From positions 1-37,267 of the forward strand of contig JAJZJV010000004.1 in NCBI GenBank assembly GCA_021809925.1: a stretch of 37,267 bases of DNA. Reading direction: 5' to 3'. The first letter of the stretch is position 1; each line of letters opens with the position of its first letter. This document shows, piece after piece, positions 15,899 to 24,810 of this stretch. The notes below the pieces were generated by a model. The model ran no database searches. It was not told where the DNA came from and saw nothing but the letters and a program-made list of their open reading frames with translations. Source of the stretch: Candidatus Micrarchaeota archaeon. Its GTDB lineage: Archaea; Micrarchaeota; Micrarchaeia; Micrarchaeales; CABMGC01. The position numbers and the translations under genes were made by a program.

Positions 15899-18697
15899 AT
15901 GTCTAAAAACAGGGAGAATATAAAAGTAAAGGAATCCTCGAGGATGAGGAGCAACCCTGCCCCTGATAAACCAGATGTTCAGAAGAAAGAATCCGCAAAG
16001 AAGAAGGAGCGGAGAGAATCCAAATTGGTTCCTATATCCTTCTATTGGATCAAGGATTATATTAGGCAATTCCTGAGGAACAAAAATTTTCCGGATGCGA
16101 TGGCTGCGACTTTTGCCGTTGCAAGCGTGGCAATCGCTTTCCCATTATTTCCGCTGCCGGTATTGATAGCATTGCTGGCTATAACGTTTGTAATAACGAT
16201 ATTCAGCCCGCTCTTGGGGCTTATGGCGTTGCTTTTTGAGACATTTCCGATGTTTATATACCAATCCCCGCTCCTGGCATGGATACTTACAATATTCATA
16301 ACAATCTCACTCTTCCTTGGATACAAGCATTATAGGACAATAACGCTGATTTACCTTCTTGCAGTGCTTCCACTTTCCTATCTTGGATACCTCCTTGAAT
16401 TCCCTGCGCTTATTGTTGGAATACTTTTCATAGGGCTTAAGAGGGGAAGCATTGCAGCAATAGCAACAGTGCTTATAGTTGCGATGCTTTCAGGGCTTAC
16501 TGGAATACAGAACACAGGTCCAATAGTGTACAATGCAAGCTCTGCGCACGCTATCCTTGCAAAATCAGAAGTTGCCTCGTTATTTGTTCCAAGCAAAGCA
16601 GTAGCCACTCTCGGAGGAGTCCTGCCTGCTCTCTCAAACTCTATCTCAAACTTCTTCAGCTTCAGCGTCTCATCACACATATTTGATGGATTCGCACTTG
16701 CATTCACTGCACTCTCGTATGATTGGATAATGACAGGCATACAGGCATTGATATGGCTTTTTGTTGTCTTCTCGATAAGCAACTACGTAATAAAGAGCAG
16801 GTCACCGTATAAGGGGGCCGAGTCAAGCATATTGGGAGTCATAATACCTATATCGTATATAGCAATCTCATATATTACCACCACCCCTTACACAATGTAT
16901 ATATTATGGAGCTTTGTGATCACTCCCTTCGCAATATTCTCTCTTGAGATAAATAACATTGACGTTGTAAGGGCCCTTGAAGTCATGAAGCAGGACTTCC
17001 TTGGAAAGTTTGGGGAATCTTTTGAGGAATTTTCCACAGGATCCAGGGAGACACTCGACGACATAGCTAATTACAACGAGACAAAAAAGGAGCTCAAGGA
17101 AGCGATACTCGCACCGATAGAGCATAGGGAGATATCTGGAGCATATAATGTCAAACCCACAAAAGGCATTCTTCTCTTCGGCCCTCCGGGAACAGGTAAG
17201 ACATTGCTGATGAGAGTAATATCAAACGAGATACGCGCCCGCTTCTTTTATATCAAGACATCTTCTATACTATCGCCATATTCTGGAGAGGGCGCACAGG
17301 TTCTTGCAAAAATATTTAACACTGCGAAGAAGAACAAGCCTGCTGTCCTGTTCTTTGATGAGATAGATGCGATAGCAGGCAGTAGGGAGATGCAGGAGAG
17401 CGAGAGCACAAGGCAGCTTCTCTCCACTTTACTGAGTGAGATGGACGGATTCCAGAAGAGCGAGGGAATAGTTGTCGTAGGAGCTACTAATATACCACAT
17501 GTGCTCGACCCGGGAATAATGAGGCCCGGAAGGTTTGATAAGATAATATATATGCCTCTGCCAGACAAGAAAGGCAGGGAAGAGATATTCAGGTATTACC
17601 TGAAGAAGCTGCCGGTAAGCGATAACATAGACTACCAGAGGTTATCTGAGCTTACTGAAAGATTCTCCGGCGCAGATGTCAAGAGCATATGCGATGAATC
17701 TGCAAGACAGGTTGCTGATGTTGCAGTAAGCCAGGTCAAAGTACTTAAGATAACAACAGATGATCTAATAACCAATATCAAAAGGACAAAGCCTTCAACA
17801 TCGCTTAGCCAGATCGAGACTTACAACAATTTCAGGCTTGATTACGAGAGAAGGTCGCATCCGGAAAAGGTTATCAGGGACCAGAATGCCATTATAATAA
17901 ATGATGTCGTCGGGCTTGATGAAGCAAAGAATGCGCTGAAGGAAGCTGTGGAGATGCCGCTACTGCACCAGAACATGATTAAAAAGTATGATATATCCGC
18001 TATTAAAGGCATTCTTCTCTTCGGCCCTCCGGGAACAGGTAAGACAATGCTGATGAAAGCGGTTGCAAATGAAATGGGTGATATTAGCATGATAGTCATC
18101 TCGGGCCCTGATGTACAGATGGCTGGAGCTGAGAATGCGACATTGGCCATAAAGCAGATATTCGAAAGGGCGAAGGAGAATGCACCAAGCATACTCTTTA
18201 TTGATGAAATAGATGCGATAGTTCCTTCGCGAGAAGGAGCCAGCGAGACAGGATTGCAGATGACAAGCCAATTTCTGCAGGAGATGGATGGGATAAAGGA
18301 ATCTAGCGGAATAGTGATTGTTGGAGCAACAAATAGGCCCGATGCTCTTGATTCTGCGCTTCTCAGGGCTGGCAGGTTTGATAAGCTCATCTTTGTACCG
18401 CCACCAAATCAGGATGAGCGGGAAAGGCTGTTCGAGAAGTATCTTAAGAAAGCCCCGATTGCAAAAGTGGAGTTTGCAGAGCTTGCAAAGGAGACAGATG
18501 GATTCACAGGAGCTGATATAGCTAATCTCTGCAGGGAGGTAAAGATGAAAGTTATGGAGAATGCGATAAAAGTCTCTGAAGAAAGAGAGATCATGATGGA
18601 AGATATACTTCTTGCAATGAAAGAGATCAGGCCATCAGCGCCTGAGAGCGAGATCCTGAGGTATAAAGAATTTATATCAAGATACGGGAAGAGATGA
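15899..18697 (+). CDS. CDC48/VCP-type double AAA+ ATPase with an N-terminal polytopic membrane domain
   Basis: Two complete AAA modules (GILLFGPPGTGKT x2, FFDEID/FIDEID, ATN, RPGRFD/RAGRFD). Residues ~65-350 contain about 9-11 hydrophobic segments. Confidence 0.95.
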   Translation: MSKNRENIKVKESSRMRSNPAPDKPDVQKKESAKKKERRESKLVPISFYWIKDYIRQFLRNKNFPDAMAATFAVASVAIAFPLFPLPVLIALLAITFVITIFSPLLGLMALLFETFPMFIYQSPLLAWILTIFITISLFLGYKHYRTITLIYLLAVLPLSYLGYLLEFPALIVGILFIGLKRGSIAAIATVLIVAMLSGLTGIQNTGPIVYNASSAHAILAKSEVASLFVPSKAVATLGGVLPALSNSISNFFSFSVSSHIFDGFALAFTALSYDWIMTGIQALIWLFVVFSISNYVIKSRSPYKGAESSILGVIIPISYIAISYITTTPYTMYILWSFVITPFAIFSLEINNIDVVRALEVMKQDFLGKFGESFEEFSTGSRETLDDIANYNETKKELKEAILAPIEHREISGAYNVKPTKGILLFGPPGTGKTLLMRVISNEIRARFFYIKTSSILSPYSGEGAQVLAKIFNTAKKNKPAVLFFDEIDAIAGSREMQESESTRQLLSTLLSEMDGFQKSEGIVVVGATNIPHVLDPGIMRPGRFDKIIYMPLPDKKGREEIFRYYLKKLPVSDNIDYQRLSELTERFSGADVKSICDESARQVADVAVSQVKVLKITTDDLITNIKRTKPSTSLSQIETYNNFRLDYERRSHPEKVIRDQNAIIINDVVGLDEAKNALKEAVEMPLLHQNMIKKYDISAIKGILLFGPPGTGKTMLMKAVANEMGDISMIVISGPDVQMAGAENATLAIKQIFERAKENAPSILFIDEIDAIVPSREGASETGLQMTSQFLQEMDGIKESSGIVIVGATNRPDALDSALLRAGRFDKLIFVPPPNQDERERLFEKYLKKAPIAKVEFAELAKETDGFTGADIANLCREVKMKVMENAIKVSEEREIMMEDILLAMKEIRPSAPESEILRYKEFISRYGKR

Positions 18698-19228
18698 ATT
18701 CCTTGCAAAGACGAGATATGCGGTGTGCCATATTCCTTTTGTGGAAGGCCTAGTCCCCTCTTCCCTTACTAGCATGTCCCTTACGATCGCTTCTATCGCG
18801 TGAATGTCGGTAAATCCAAGAGCGTTAAGCTTTGCAGCGAACCTGCTGGCCTGCTCAGTATGGGGAAGGTATCCAACAACCACACCATCTTTCTTGAGTG
18901 CCTTCTTCGCATGCCTTAGTGCCCTCTCTGATGATGGCAAGTCTAATGTTACAAGATCGACTTCCCTCTCGGATATGCCTTTGGTAATGTCCTTGTTCTT
19001 GAATGTTATATTGTCCAGAGAAAGAATCTGCCTGTTTTTTTCAGCTATCTTCAGGAAATCCTCCCTGACTTCGTAGCTATAGACATGCTTGCATATCCGC
19101 GCGAGGCTGAGTGCCAGCCATCCACTTCCTGTTCCCGCATCAACGCAGACACTATCCTTACTCACGCAGGAATAAGCGATTATCATGCCTATGTCCTTTG
19201 GTAGGATCACCTGCGGTCCTCGCTTCAT
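18677..19228 (-). CDS. trmI: tRNA (adenine-N1)-methyltransferase TrmI/GCD14, catalytic domain only
   Basis: KRGPQVILPKD, DAGTGSG, YSYE.REDF...A, LDLP, Y.P..EQ, E...R......TRP...HTAYL.FAR. Confidence 0.93.
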   Translation of the reverse strand: MKRGPQVILPKDIGMIIAYSCVSKDSVCVDAGTGSGWLALSLARICKHVYSYEVREDFLKIAEKNRQILSLDNITFKNKDITKGISEREVDLVTLDLPSSERALRHAKKALKKDGVVVGYLPHTEQASRFAAKLNALGFTDIHAIEAIVRDMLVREEGTRPSTKGIWHTAYLVFARNSSLPVS

Positions 19229-19279
19229 CTTCCTGTATATCTCAGGATAGACAAAAAGTGAGATTCAAAACACCATGCT

Positions 19280-20671
19280 TCAGGAACTTATGGTGCCCTG
19301 CTCTTTTGTGTAAAGCCTTATCTCAGTATGCTTCTTTGGCATAGGGTTGGCTCTCACACCATACACTGCGCTTATTCCCTTTTGTATTGAGAGTTCTACA
19401 AGGCGCTGAGTGATGACACCGTCAAGCACTATCGCATATACATCGTTTGAGTCTTGAACTGCAGTCAGTAGCTCGCGAATTGGGATCTCTTTCACGACAT
19501 TTCCAGTACTGTCGTATAGCCTGCTTCTCAATGTTCCAGAAAGCTCATCCAGACCGCTAAGCAGTTGTGTCAGAACCATGCTCTCCAAAGCAGGCTTCGG
19601 CTGCGGCGGGGCGGGCTTCTTGTATCTCTGCGGCTCGATGTTTTGTATCGATGCTTCCGAGTCTTCGCCGGAATTTCCAGCGCTTCCTATTATTTTAAGC
19701 TCAGGTTGAGGCTCTGGAGCAGAATCAGGTAATTCTGGATTGTTTTGAGGTAAAGGCTGCTGTTGCTGCTCCCTACTCTGGTAATTGTGATCGTTGTGCT
19801 GTTGGAAGTTCTGGTGCTTCTCATACTGCTGCTTTTTTCTGCTGCCGGTGTACTGATCGAGAGGCGTCTTTGTTCTTATTGCTTTTATTATCTCTTTTCT
19901 TGTAAGATCCTCAACTTCCTTTCCGTCAGGAGCCTTTGCAACAAAGTCTATCTCTGTGTTGTTCATCAAGGTCCTCAATATAAGTTCTCCTCCCCTGTCT
20001 CCATCAAGGAAGACGGTAACCTCTTTCTGCTCTGCAAGAGTTATTATCGTTTTTGGTATGTTATTTGTCGCTCCGCCTACTGCCACTACGTTGGTTATAT
20101 CATTCCTAAGAAGGTTAAGTACATCAGCCCTTCCCTCAACAATGACCAGCTCGTCGCTCTTGCCAACGTCAGGACCTGCGGGCAGATGCTCGGGACCATA
20201 TGCTATTATCTCGCTTGCCCGTACCTCGGACTGGACCTTCTCTGCTATCTCCTTGCTGTCAGGGATCTCTGTGTTTAAGAGCTGCTTGACGAGATCCTTT
20301 GCTCGTGATAAGATCTTTCTTCTCTTCTCCGACCTTGTATCTTCTACCTTATCTACAGAAAACTGCGCTTCGTATGGGCCGACTCTGTCAACAGATTCTA
20401 CAGCTGCAGCAAGTATACATGTCTCTATCCTGTCAAGTGAGGCAGGAAGGAATAACTTTCCCGAAGTCTTGCTTCCTGAAGGGAGAAGCTCTATCTCTAT
20501 CCTGCCTATCTTTCCATTCTTTTGGAGTTCCCTCAGGTCTAGATCATCTCCAAGAAGACCCTCAGTCTGGCCGAAGACAGCACCGATTATGTCGGGCTTG
20601 TCCACAGAACCATCAATCACAAATTTTGCTTCTACCATGTATTTTACTATGTCTAAATATGTCTTTGCCAT
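19280..20671 (-). CDS. dnaG: Archaeal DnaG (primase-like, exosome-associated)
   Basis: VDKPDIIGAVFGQTEGLLG.DLDLRELQK.GKIGRI, Toprim VEGRADV and FLDGDRGG, AP.GKEVE.L, DGVITQRLV. Confidence 0.98.
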   Translation of the reverse strand: MAKTYLDIVKYMVEAKFVIDGSVDKPDIIGAVFGQTEGLLGDDLDLRELQKNGKIGRIEIELLPSGSKTSGKLFLPASLDRIETCILAAAVESVDRVGPYEAQFSVDKVEDTRSEKRRKILSRAKDLVKQLLNTEIPDSKEIAEKVQSEVRASEIIAYGPEHLPAGPDVGKSDELVIVEGRADVLNLLRNDITNVVAVGGATNNIPKTIITLAEQKEVTVFLDGDRGGELILRTLMNNTEIDFVAKAPDGKEVEDLTRKEIIKAIRTKTPLDQYTGSRKKQQYEKHQNFQQHNDHNYQSREQQQQPLPQNNPELPDSAPEPQPELKIIGSAGNSGEDSEASIQNIEPQRYKKPAPPQPKPALESMVLTQLLSGLDELSGTLRSRLYDSTGNVVKEIPIRELLTAVQDSNDVYAIVLDGVITQRLVELSIQKGISAVYGVRANPMPKKHTEIRLYTKEQGTISS

Positions 20672-20676
20672 ATTAA

Positions 20677-21054
20677 TCAACTATTTAATATTTCTTCTAT
20701 CGGCTTTAGGATCTGCTCAACAGAGGTCAAATTTAGCGCCTTAAGCAATCTCTCCCCGAGATGCTCATCAAACTTGAGATCTTTTTCAAGCAGCTTCCCT
20801 TTAAGCTGTTCTGTCCTGAATTCACCGCTCTTGTCATCATCCATTATTATAAAAATAGTGCATCCTTCTGGCAGCTTCTCAAGCACATTATCAACATCTC
20901 CCATTAAAGTACCATATGTCAGTGCTTCTATGCCAAGCTTGCGGAAAACCTCTATGTCATGTTTCCCCTCAACTACAACGACTCCGCTACGGAGCTCTTC
21001 CAGAAGCTTTGTAAGGCGCTTCTTTCTATCTGACTCTTTTTCTGACTGCAGCAC
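20677..21054 (-). CDS. Small Toprim-domain protein
   Basis: VVVEGKHD and IIMDDDKSG (DxD) motifs; lies directly upstream of dnaG. Confidence 0.88.
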   Translation of the reverse strand: MLQSEKESDRKKRLTKLLEELRSGVVVVEGKHDIEVFRKLGIEALTYGTLMGDVDNVLEKLPEGCTIFIIMDDDKSGEFRTEQLKGKLLEKDLKFDEHLGERLLKALNLTSVEQILKPIEEILNS

Positions 21055-21300
21055 GACATCACTAAGAAATAGTTGCCACTAACTTATGTTTAATGTGCCA
21101 GCGATCTTCTTATTAATAGTATAAAATATCATTAACACACCAGTTATGCAACTTTTTGATAATTACTTTACTAACAAAAAGATTAATAAACATATTCTAG
21201 TATATTGCTGGAGGCAGCTTTTCGGATGATATATAGTATATGATTATATGGAGCTCCAAAACATTGCAACATTTTTAATACGTGCTTGCGTATAATAAGC

Positions 21301-21708
21301 ATGCGCAGGTACATGAAGGGTGCTAGAAGCGAGAGAGAACTCCTCAACACATTTTATGGGATGGGCTACTCGGTCATAAGGGCTGCAGGAAGCGGGGTAA
21401 ATGCATTGGGACCCGATATACTTGCCATTAAGAAAGGGATCTGCCTCTCATTTGAATGCAAGGCCTGGGAGAAGAGCAGCCTCAGCCTTGATGATGACCA
21501 ATTCCTTAAGCTCCTTGAGTGGGAAGAAAACTCTGCCTCAGATACATATATAGCGTGGAGAATGAACGGTGAAGGCTGGTTTTTCATAAAGCTCAGCGAG
21601 ATGGAGAAGGGAAATGGGCATTTCAACATAACTAAGAAGAAGGCAATGGGGATAAACAGGAGGCTGGAGCATTTACTGAAAGTAGATAGCTCTTCAAGCC
21701 TCAGCTAA
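21301..21708 (+). CDS. hjc: Holliday junction resolvase Hjc
   Basis: KGARSEREL, GYSVIRAAGSG, PDILA, FECK (PD-(D/E)xK nuclease). Confidence 0.95.
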   Translation: MRRYMKGARSERELLNTFYGMGYSVIRAAGSGVNALGPDILAIKKGICLSFECKAWEKSSLSLDDDQFLKLLEWEENSASDTYIAWRMNGEGWFFIKLSEMEKGNGHFNITKKKAMGINRRLEHLLKVDSSSSLS

Positions 21709-22726
21709 TTATGAAATCTATTACCACTTCAACCTCCCTTGCAGAATAGGGCCGCGCTATCCTCTCGCCGATGAACTTCACGCTTCTCCTTTTTGAGAAG
21801 AAAAACGCATGTACTTTCTCTTTTAGGTCCTTGAATGGCTCTTCGTTGCCTGAGAAGGAATAAAGATGTACAATGCATACCTTCGCAGCCACTGTACTAA
21901 GCGCGTTGAGAAATTCCATGGAGCTCGTTGGGAGAGGCATTATTACGCGATCCGCGAATCCCGCATATTTTTTGGCCTTTTTCCTGGCGTCCCCGCATTC
22001 TACAACTACATTTCCAACCTTGTTAAGGCGAATATTCTCTTCCATGTACCCGCACGCGCTTTTGTTCAATTCGATTGCTATGATATTAGAAGACCTGTGC
22101 GACTTCGCAAGCTCTATTGCAAATGGGCCTACGCCAGCAAACATAACGATCACCTTCTCCCCATCCTTTGAGATAGAAGTTATGCGCTTTCTCTCGAAGG
22201 CAAGCCTCGAGGAAAAGAAGGTCTTTCTGACATCGAATCTGAAGAGAGAGCCATTCTCCTTATAAGTAGATATGTAATTCCTTCTTCCCATCACATAGAT
22301 GTGCTTTCTCGTCCTATACTTTCCGCTTATTGGTCCTCCCTTCCTCAACACGGTACCTACTCCCTTATTCTCTGCCATTATCCTTGATGCAAGAGCCCTG
22401 GCAGCGCTTCCGGTGGCATCTATCACAGCGATGTTTCCAAGTATATCGTAGCTTTTCGAGAATCGCTCCCCGTCTTTTGGGATAACCAATTCCTTCTTTT
22501 CTCGTACCGCTTCAAACTCCATTTTTGACAGTGATGCTCCAAGTTCCACTAGCTTTTCCTTAAAGTCCTTGCTTCTCAGCGTTTTCTTTGAAGCATTGCC
22601 AGCAATAGGAAAGTATATAAATAAGTTTCTTCTCATTAGGGTATGGTTTTTATCCAGTAGCGAACGCTTTTTTAAAAAATCTTTGAGTTTTTCTGCGTTT
22701 TGGAGCCTTGCTCTGATTGCTAGCAT
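21701..22726 (-). CDS. trm5: tRNA (guanine37-N1)-methyltransferase, Trm5/TYW2 family
   Basis: SYDILGNIA, YKENG..F.FD..K.FFS.RL..ER.RI, MFAGVGPF, ELN, DRVIMPLP. Confidence 0.92.
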   Translation of the reverse strand: MLAIRARLQNAEKLKDFLKKRSLLDKNHTLMRRNLFIYFPIAGNASKKTLRSKDFKEKLVELGASLSKMEFEAVREKKELVIPKDGERFSKSYDILGNIAVIDATGSAARALASRIMAENKGVGTVLRKGGPISGKYRTRKHIYVMGRRNYISTYKENGSLFRFDVRKTFFSSRLAFERKRITSISKDGEKVIVMFAGVGPFAIELAKSHRSSNIIAIELNKSACGYMEENIRLNKVGNVVVECGDARKKAKKYAGFADRVIMPLPTSSMEFLNALSTVAAKVCIVHLYSFSGNEEPFKDLKEKVHAFFFSKRRSVKFIGERIARPYSAREVEVVIDFIIS

Positions 22727-22740
22727 GAAAATCACAATAA

Positions 22741-22750
22741 GTTTATATAA
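22741..22750. promoter_or_regulatory. TATA element between divergent trm5 and spt5
   Basis: TTTATATAA in a roughly 60-bp divergent intergenic region. Confidence 0.5.
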
Positions 22751-22788
22751 TTAAAACTGTCAGGACTAAATGCATTTTGAGTGGTCTG

Positions 22789-23235
22789 ATGTATTTCATA
22801 GTAAGAGTGACTTCAAGCCAAGAGAAGATTACTGCAGATATTCTAGAGAATAAGATAATCAAGCAGGGTCTTCCGATATACGCTATAATACTCCCGCATG
22901 GCATGAGAGGTTACTTGATAATAGAAGCTGAAAATGAGCTTACATGCAGGGAACTAATAATGAACGAGCCGCATGTCAAGGGAATGCTTGTATCGCCTCT
23001 TGGAGAGAGCGAGCTTGACAAGATGCTAGTGGCAAAGCAGACAGTCCAGAAGGTAGATGTCAACGACATAGTAGAGCTTCTCTCGGTTCCTTTCAAAGGA
23101 TATAAGGCAAGAGTAATAAAAGTTGACTCTGCAAAGGATGAAATTACTGTAGAGCTGATGGATGTAGCGGTACCAATACCTGTCACAATAAAAGCTAATA
23201 CTGCAAGAATTATAGAAAAAGCAGAATCGGTGTGA
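22789..23235 (+). CDS. spt5: Transcription elongation factor Spt5 (NusG)
   Basis: VRVT..QE, RGY..IEA, KOW motif DIVEL...PFKG.KARV, TVEL....VPIPVT. Confidence 0.96.
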   Translation: MYFIVRVTSSQEKITADILENKIIKQGLPIYAIILPHGMRGYLIIEAENELTCRELIMNEPHVKGMLVSPLGESELDKMLVAKQTVQKVDVNDIVELLSVPFKGYKARVIKVDSAKDEITVELMDVAVPIPVTIKANTARIIEKAESV

Positions 23236-23237
23236 AT

Positions 23238-23708
23238 ATGAGCGAAGTAATAATCAATGGTTTGATTGAGGGAGGGAAGGCGACAAACGGGCCCCCTTTT
23301 GGACCTGCTCTGGGGCCTCTCGGGATAAATATCAATAACGTAGTCAGCGAGATCAACTCAAAGACTGCAGCTTTTGCAGGAATACGCGTTCCGGTCAAGG
23401 TGATTGTAGAGACCTCAAACAAGAGCTTTGTTGTTGAGGTTGGATCCCCACAGACAAGCGCCCTAATAATGAGGGAGCTTGGCATACAGAAGGGAGCAAA
23501 AACGAAAGAGGAGGTTCCTGGAGACATAACAATGGAGCAGGTAACAAAGATTGCGAAATCTAAGGAAGCATCCCTCTATGGAGAATCACTTAAGGATAGA
23601 GTAACTCAGGTCCTTGGAACATGCGTCAGCATGAATATAACATGCGAAGGAGGAAGCGCAAAGGAAGCGATAAAGAAAGTTAAGAAGGGAGAGATTGAAG
23701 TTAAGTAG
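23238..23708 (+). CDS. rpl11: 50S ribosomal protein L11 (uL11)
   Basis: EGGKAT.GPP.GPALGPLG, G..VPVKV.V, EVG.P.TSALI..ELG..KG, V.GTC.SM. Confidence 0.98.
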   Translation: MSEVIINGLIEGGKATNGPPFGPALGPLGININNVVSEINSKTAAFAGIRVPVKVIVETSNKSFVVEVGSPQTSALIMRELGIQKGAKTKEEVPGDITMEQVTKIAKSKEASLYGESLKDRVTQVLGTCVSMNITCEGGSAKEAIKKVKKGEIEVK

Positions 23709-23755
23709 TTCTTGACCAATACCATCCTATCCTTCTTTCTCTCTTCTTTAACTCG

Positions 23756-23871
23756 TAGAGTTCTTGGAAAAGATCTCAATATATGTTTTCTTGTCTCATT
23801 ACATATGCGATTAGGTGTGTTATCTAAGGATATTGAACTTGACGAGGAGATGTAATGTACATCTCAACTCC
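23756..23871 (-). repeat. About 116-bp dispersed repeat, copy 2
   Basis: Reverse complement aligns with 15264-15381. Confidence 0.85.
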
Positions 23872-23880
23872 TTAATGGGA

Positions 23881-23920
23881 GATAATGGGACTGGAATAAA
23901 TTCGTTTGGAAAGATTGGGA
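23881..23920 (+). pseudogene. Remnant of the 3' end of another B-type membrane gene
   Basis: 32/40 nt identical to 24649-24688. Reads DNGTGINSFGKIG versus NNGAGIN*FGDIG. Confidence 0.6.
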
Positions 23921-23998
23921 ATAATAATCATTAGTTTTGTCTGCCCCAAACCTTGATGCAGATTGGCTTTTTATTACTTGCTTTCCTCAGTTAAGAGG

Positions 23999-24732
23999 AT
24001 GGACAAAAGAACAGAGCTTTATATTGCGAAAAGATACGTTGCATTTGTTTTTGCGATGTTGGCAGTGTTAGGTTATCCTGCGACAATGTTTTTTGAGGTA
24101 AAACAAAGAAACCTTCTTCTTTTGGAAGTAATAATATTTATCATCGGAATAGGCATAGTGGCGTACATAGCTAGGAGTAGGAAGAAAAACAGTAGTAGGG
24201 AATTAAGGAAGCAGATCCGAACCATTGCCTTTCTGTTAGCAATAGACACTGCGCTTCAGTTCTTTTGCGTTGTTCTTACGATACACCTTGCCGTCTTTGT
24301 AGACATGATCTACATAACTGTAGGATTTATGGCAGTGATATTAAACTTAGTGAGCGGAGAGGCGGTGAATTCATTCATGAGCAGGCATTTGCCCGACTCT
24401 GCCAGAAAAAGAGCATGGACTTACATGATTATACTGCTTTTATTATCGAATGTGGCTGCAGTTAATAGGGATATAAGTAATCCAAATGTGATAATCCCGA
24501 TAGATGAAATTATCATAATACTTGTATCATTTGTTCTACTCTGGCTTGTAAGGTTCGTATCATTATCAACGAAGAAAAGGTTGGTTAAAAGAGACAGATG
24601 GATTGCCACGCTTGTATTGTTTGGGCTGTATTCTTGTTTGATATGATAAATAATGGAGCTGGAATAAATTAGTTTGGAGACATTGGAGGCCTCATTACCC
24701 TGGGATTGATGCTTCTAACTGTTTTTATGTAA
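23999..24732 (+). pseudogene. In-frame A+B membrane protein pair (paralogs of the 393-2582 array), 3' frameshift and stop
   Basis: A part: IAKRYVAF...RELRKQ...AVILN. B part from ATG 24377: HLPDSARKRAW...VNRDISNP. Frameshift near 24615; the alternative frame reads IVWAVFLFDMINNGAGIN*FGDIGGLITLGLMLLTVFM* with TAG at 24670. Confidence 0.75.
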
Positions 24733-24756
24733 ATCGCAATTTTGAGGTACTGCTGT

Positions 24757-24772
24757 AACAATATATAAATAC
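24757..24772 (+). promoter_or_regulatory. TATA box upstream of the single-repeat TBP gene
   Basis: AACAATATATAAATA about 40-50 nt upstream of ATG 24811; GAGGGAG immediately before the ATG. Confidence 0.55.
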
Positions 24773-24810
24773 CTTTACTCAAAAGCTTAAATTGGGTAGA
24801 GAGGGAGTAT

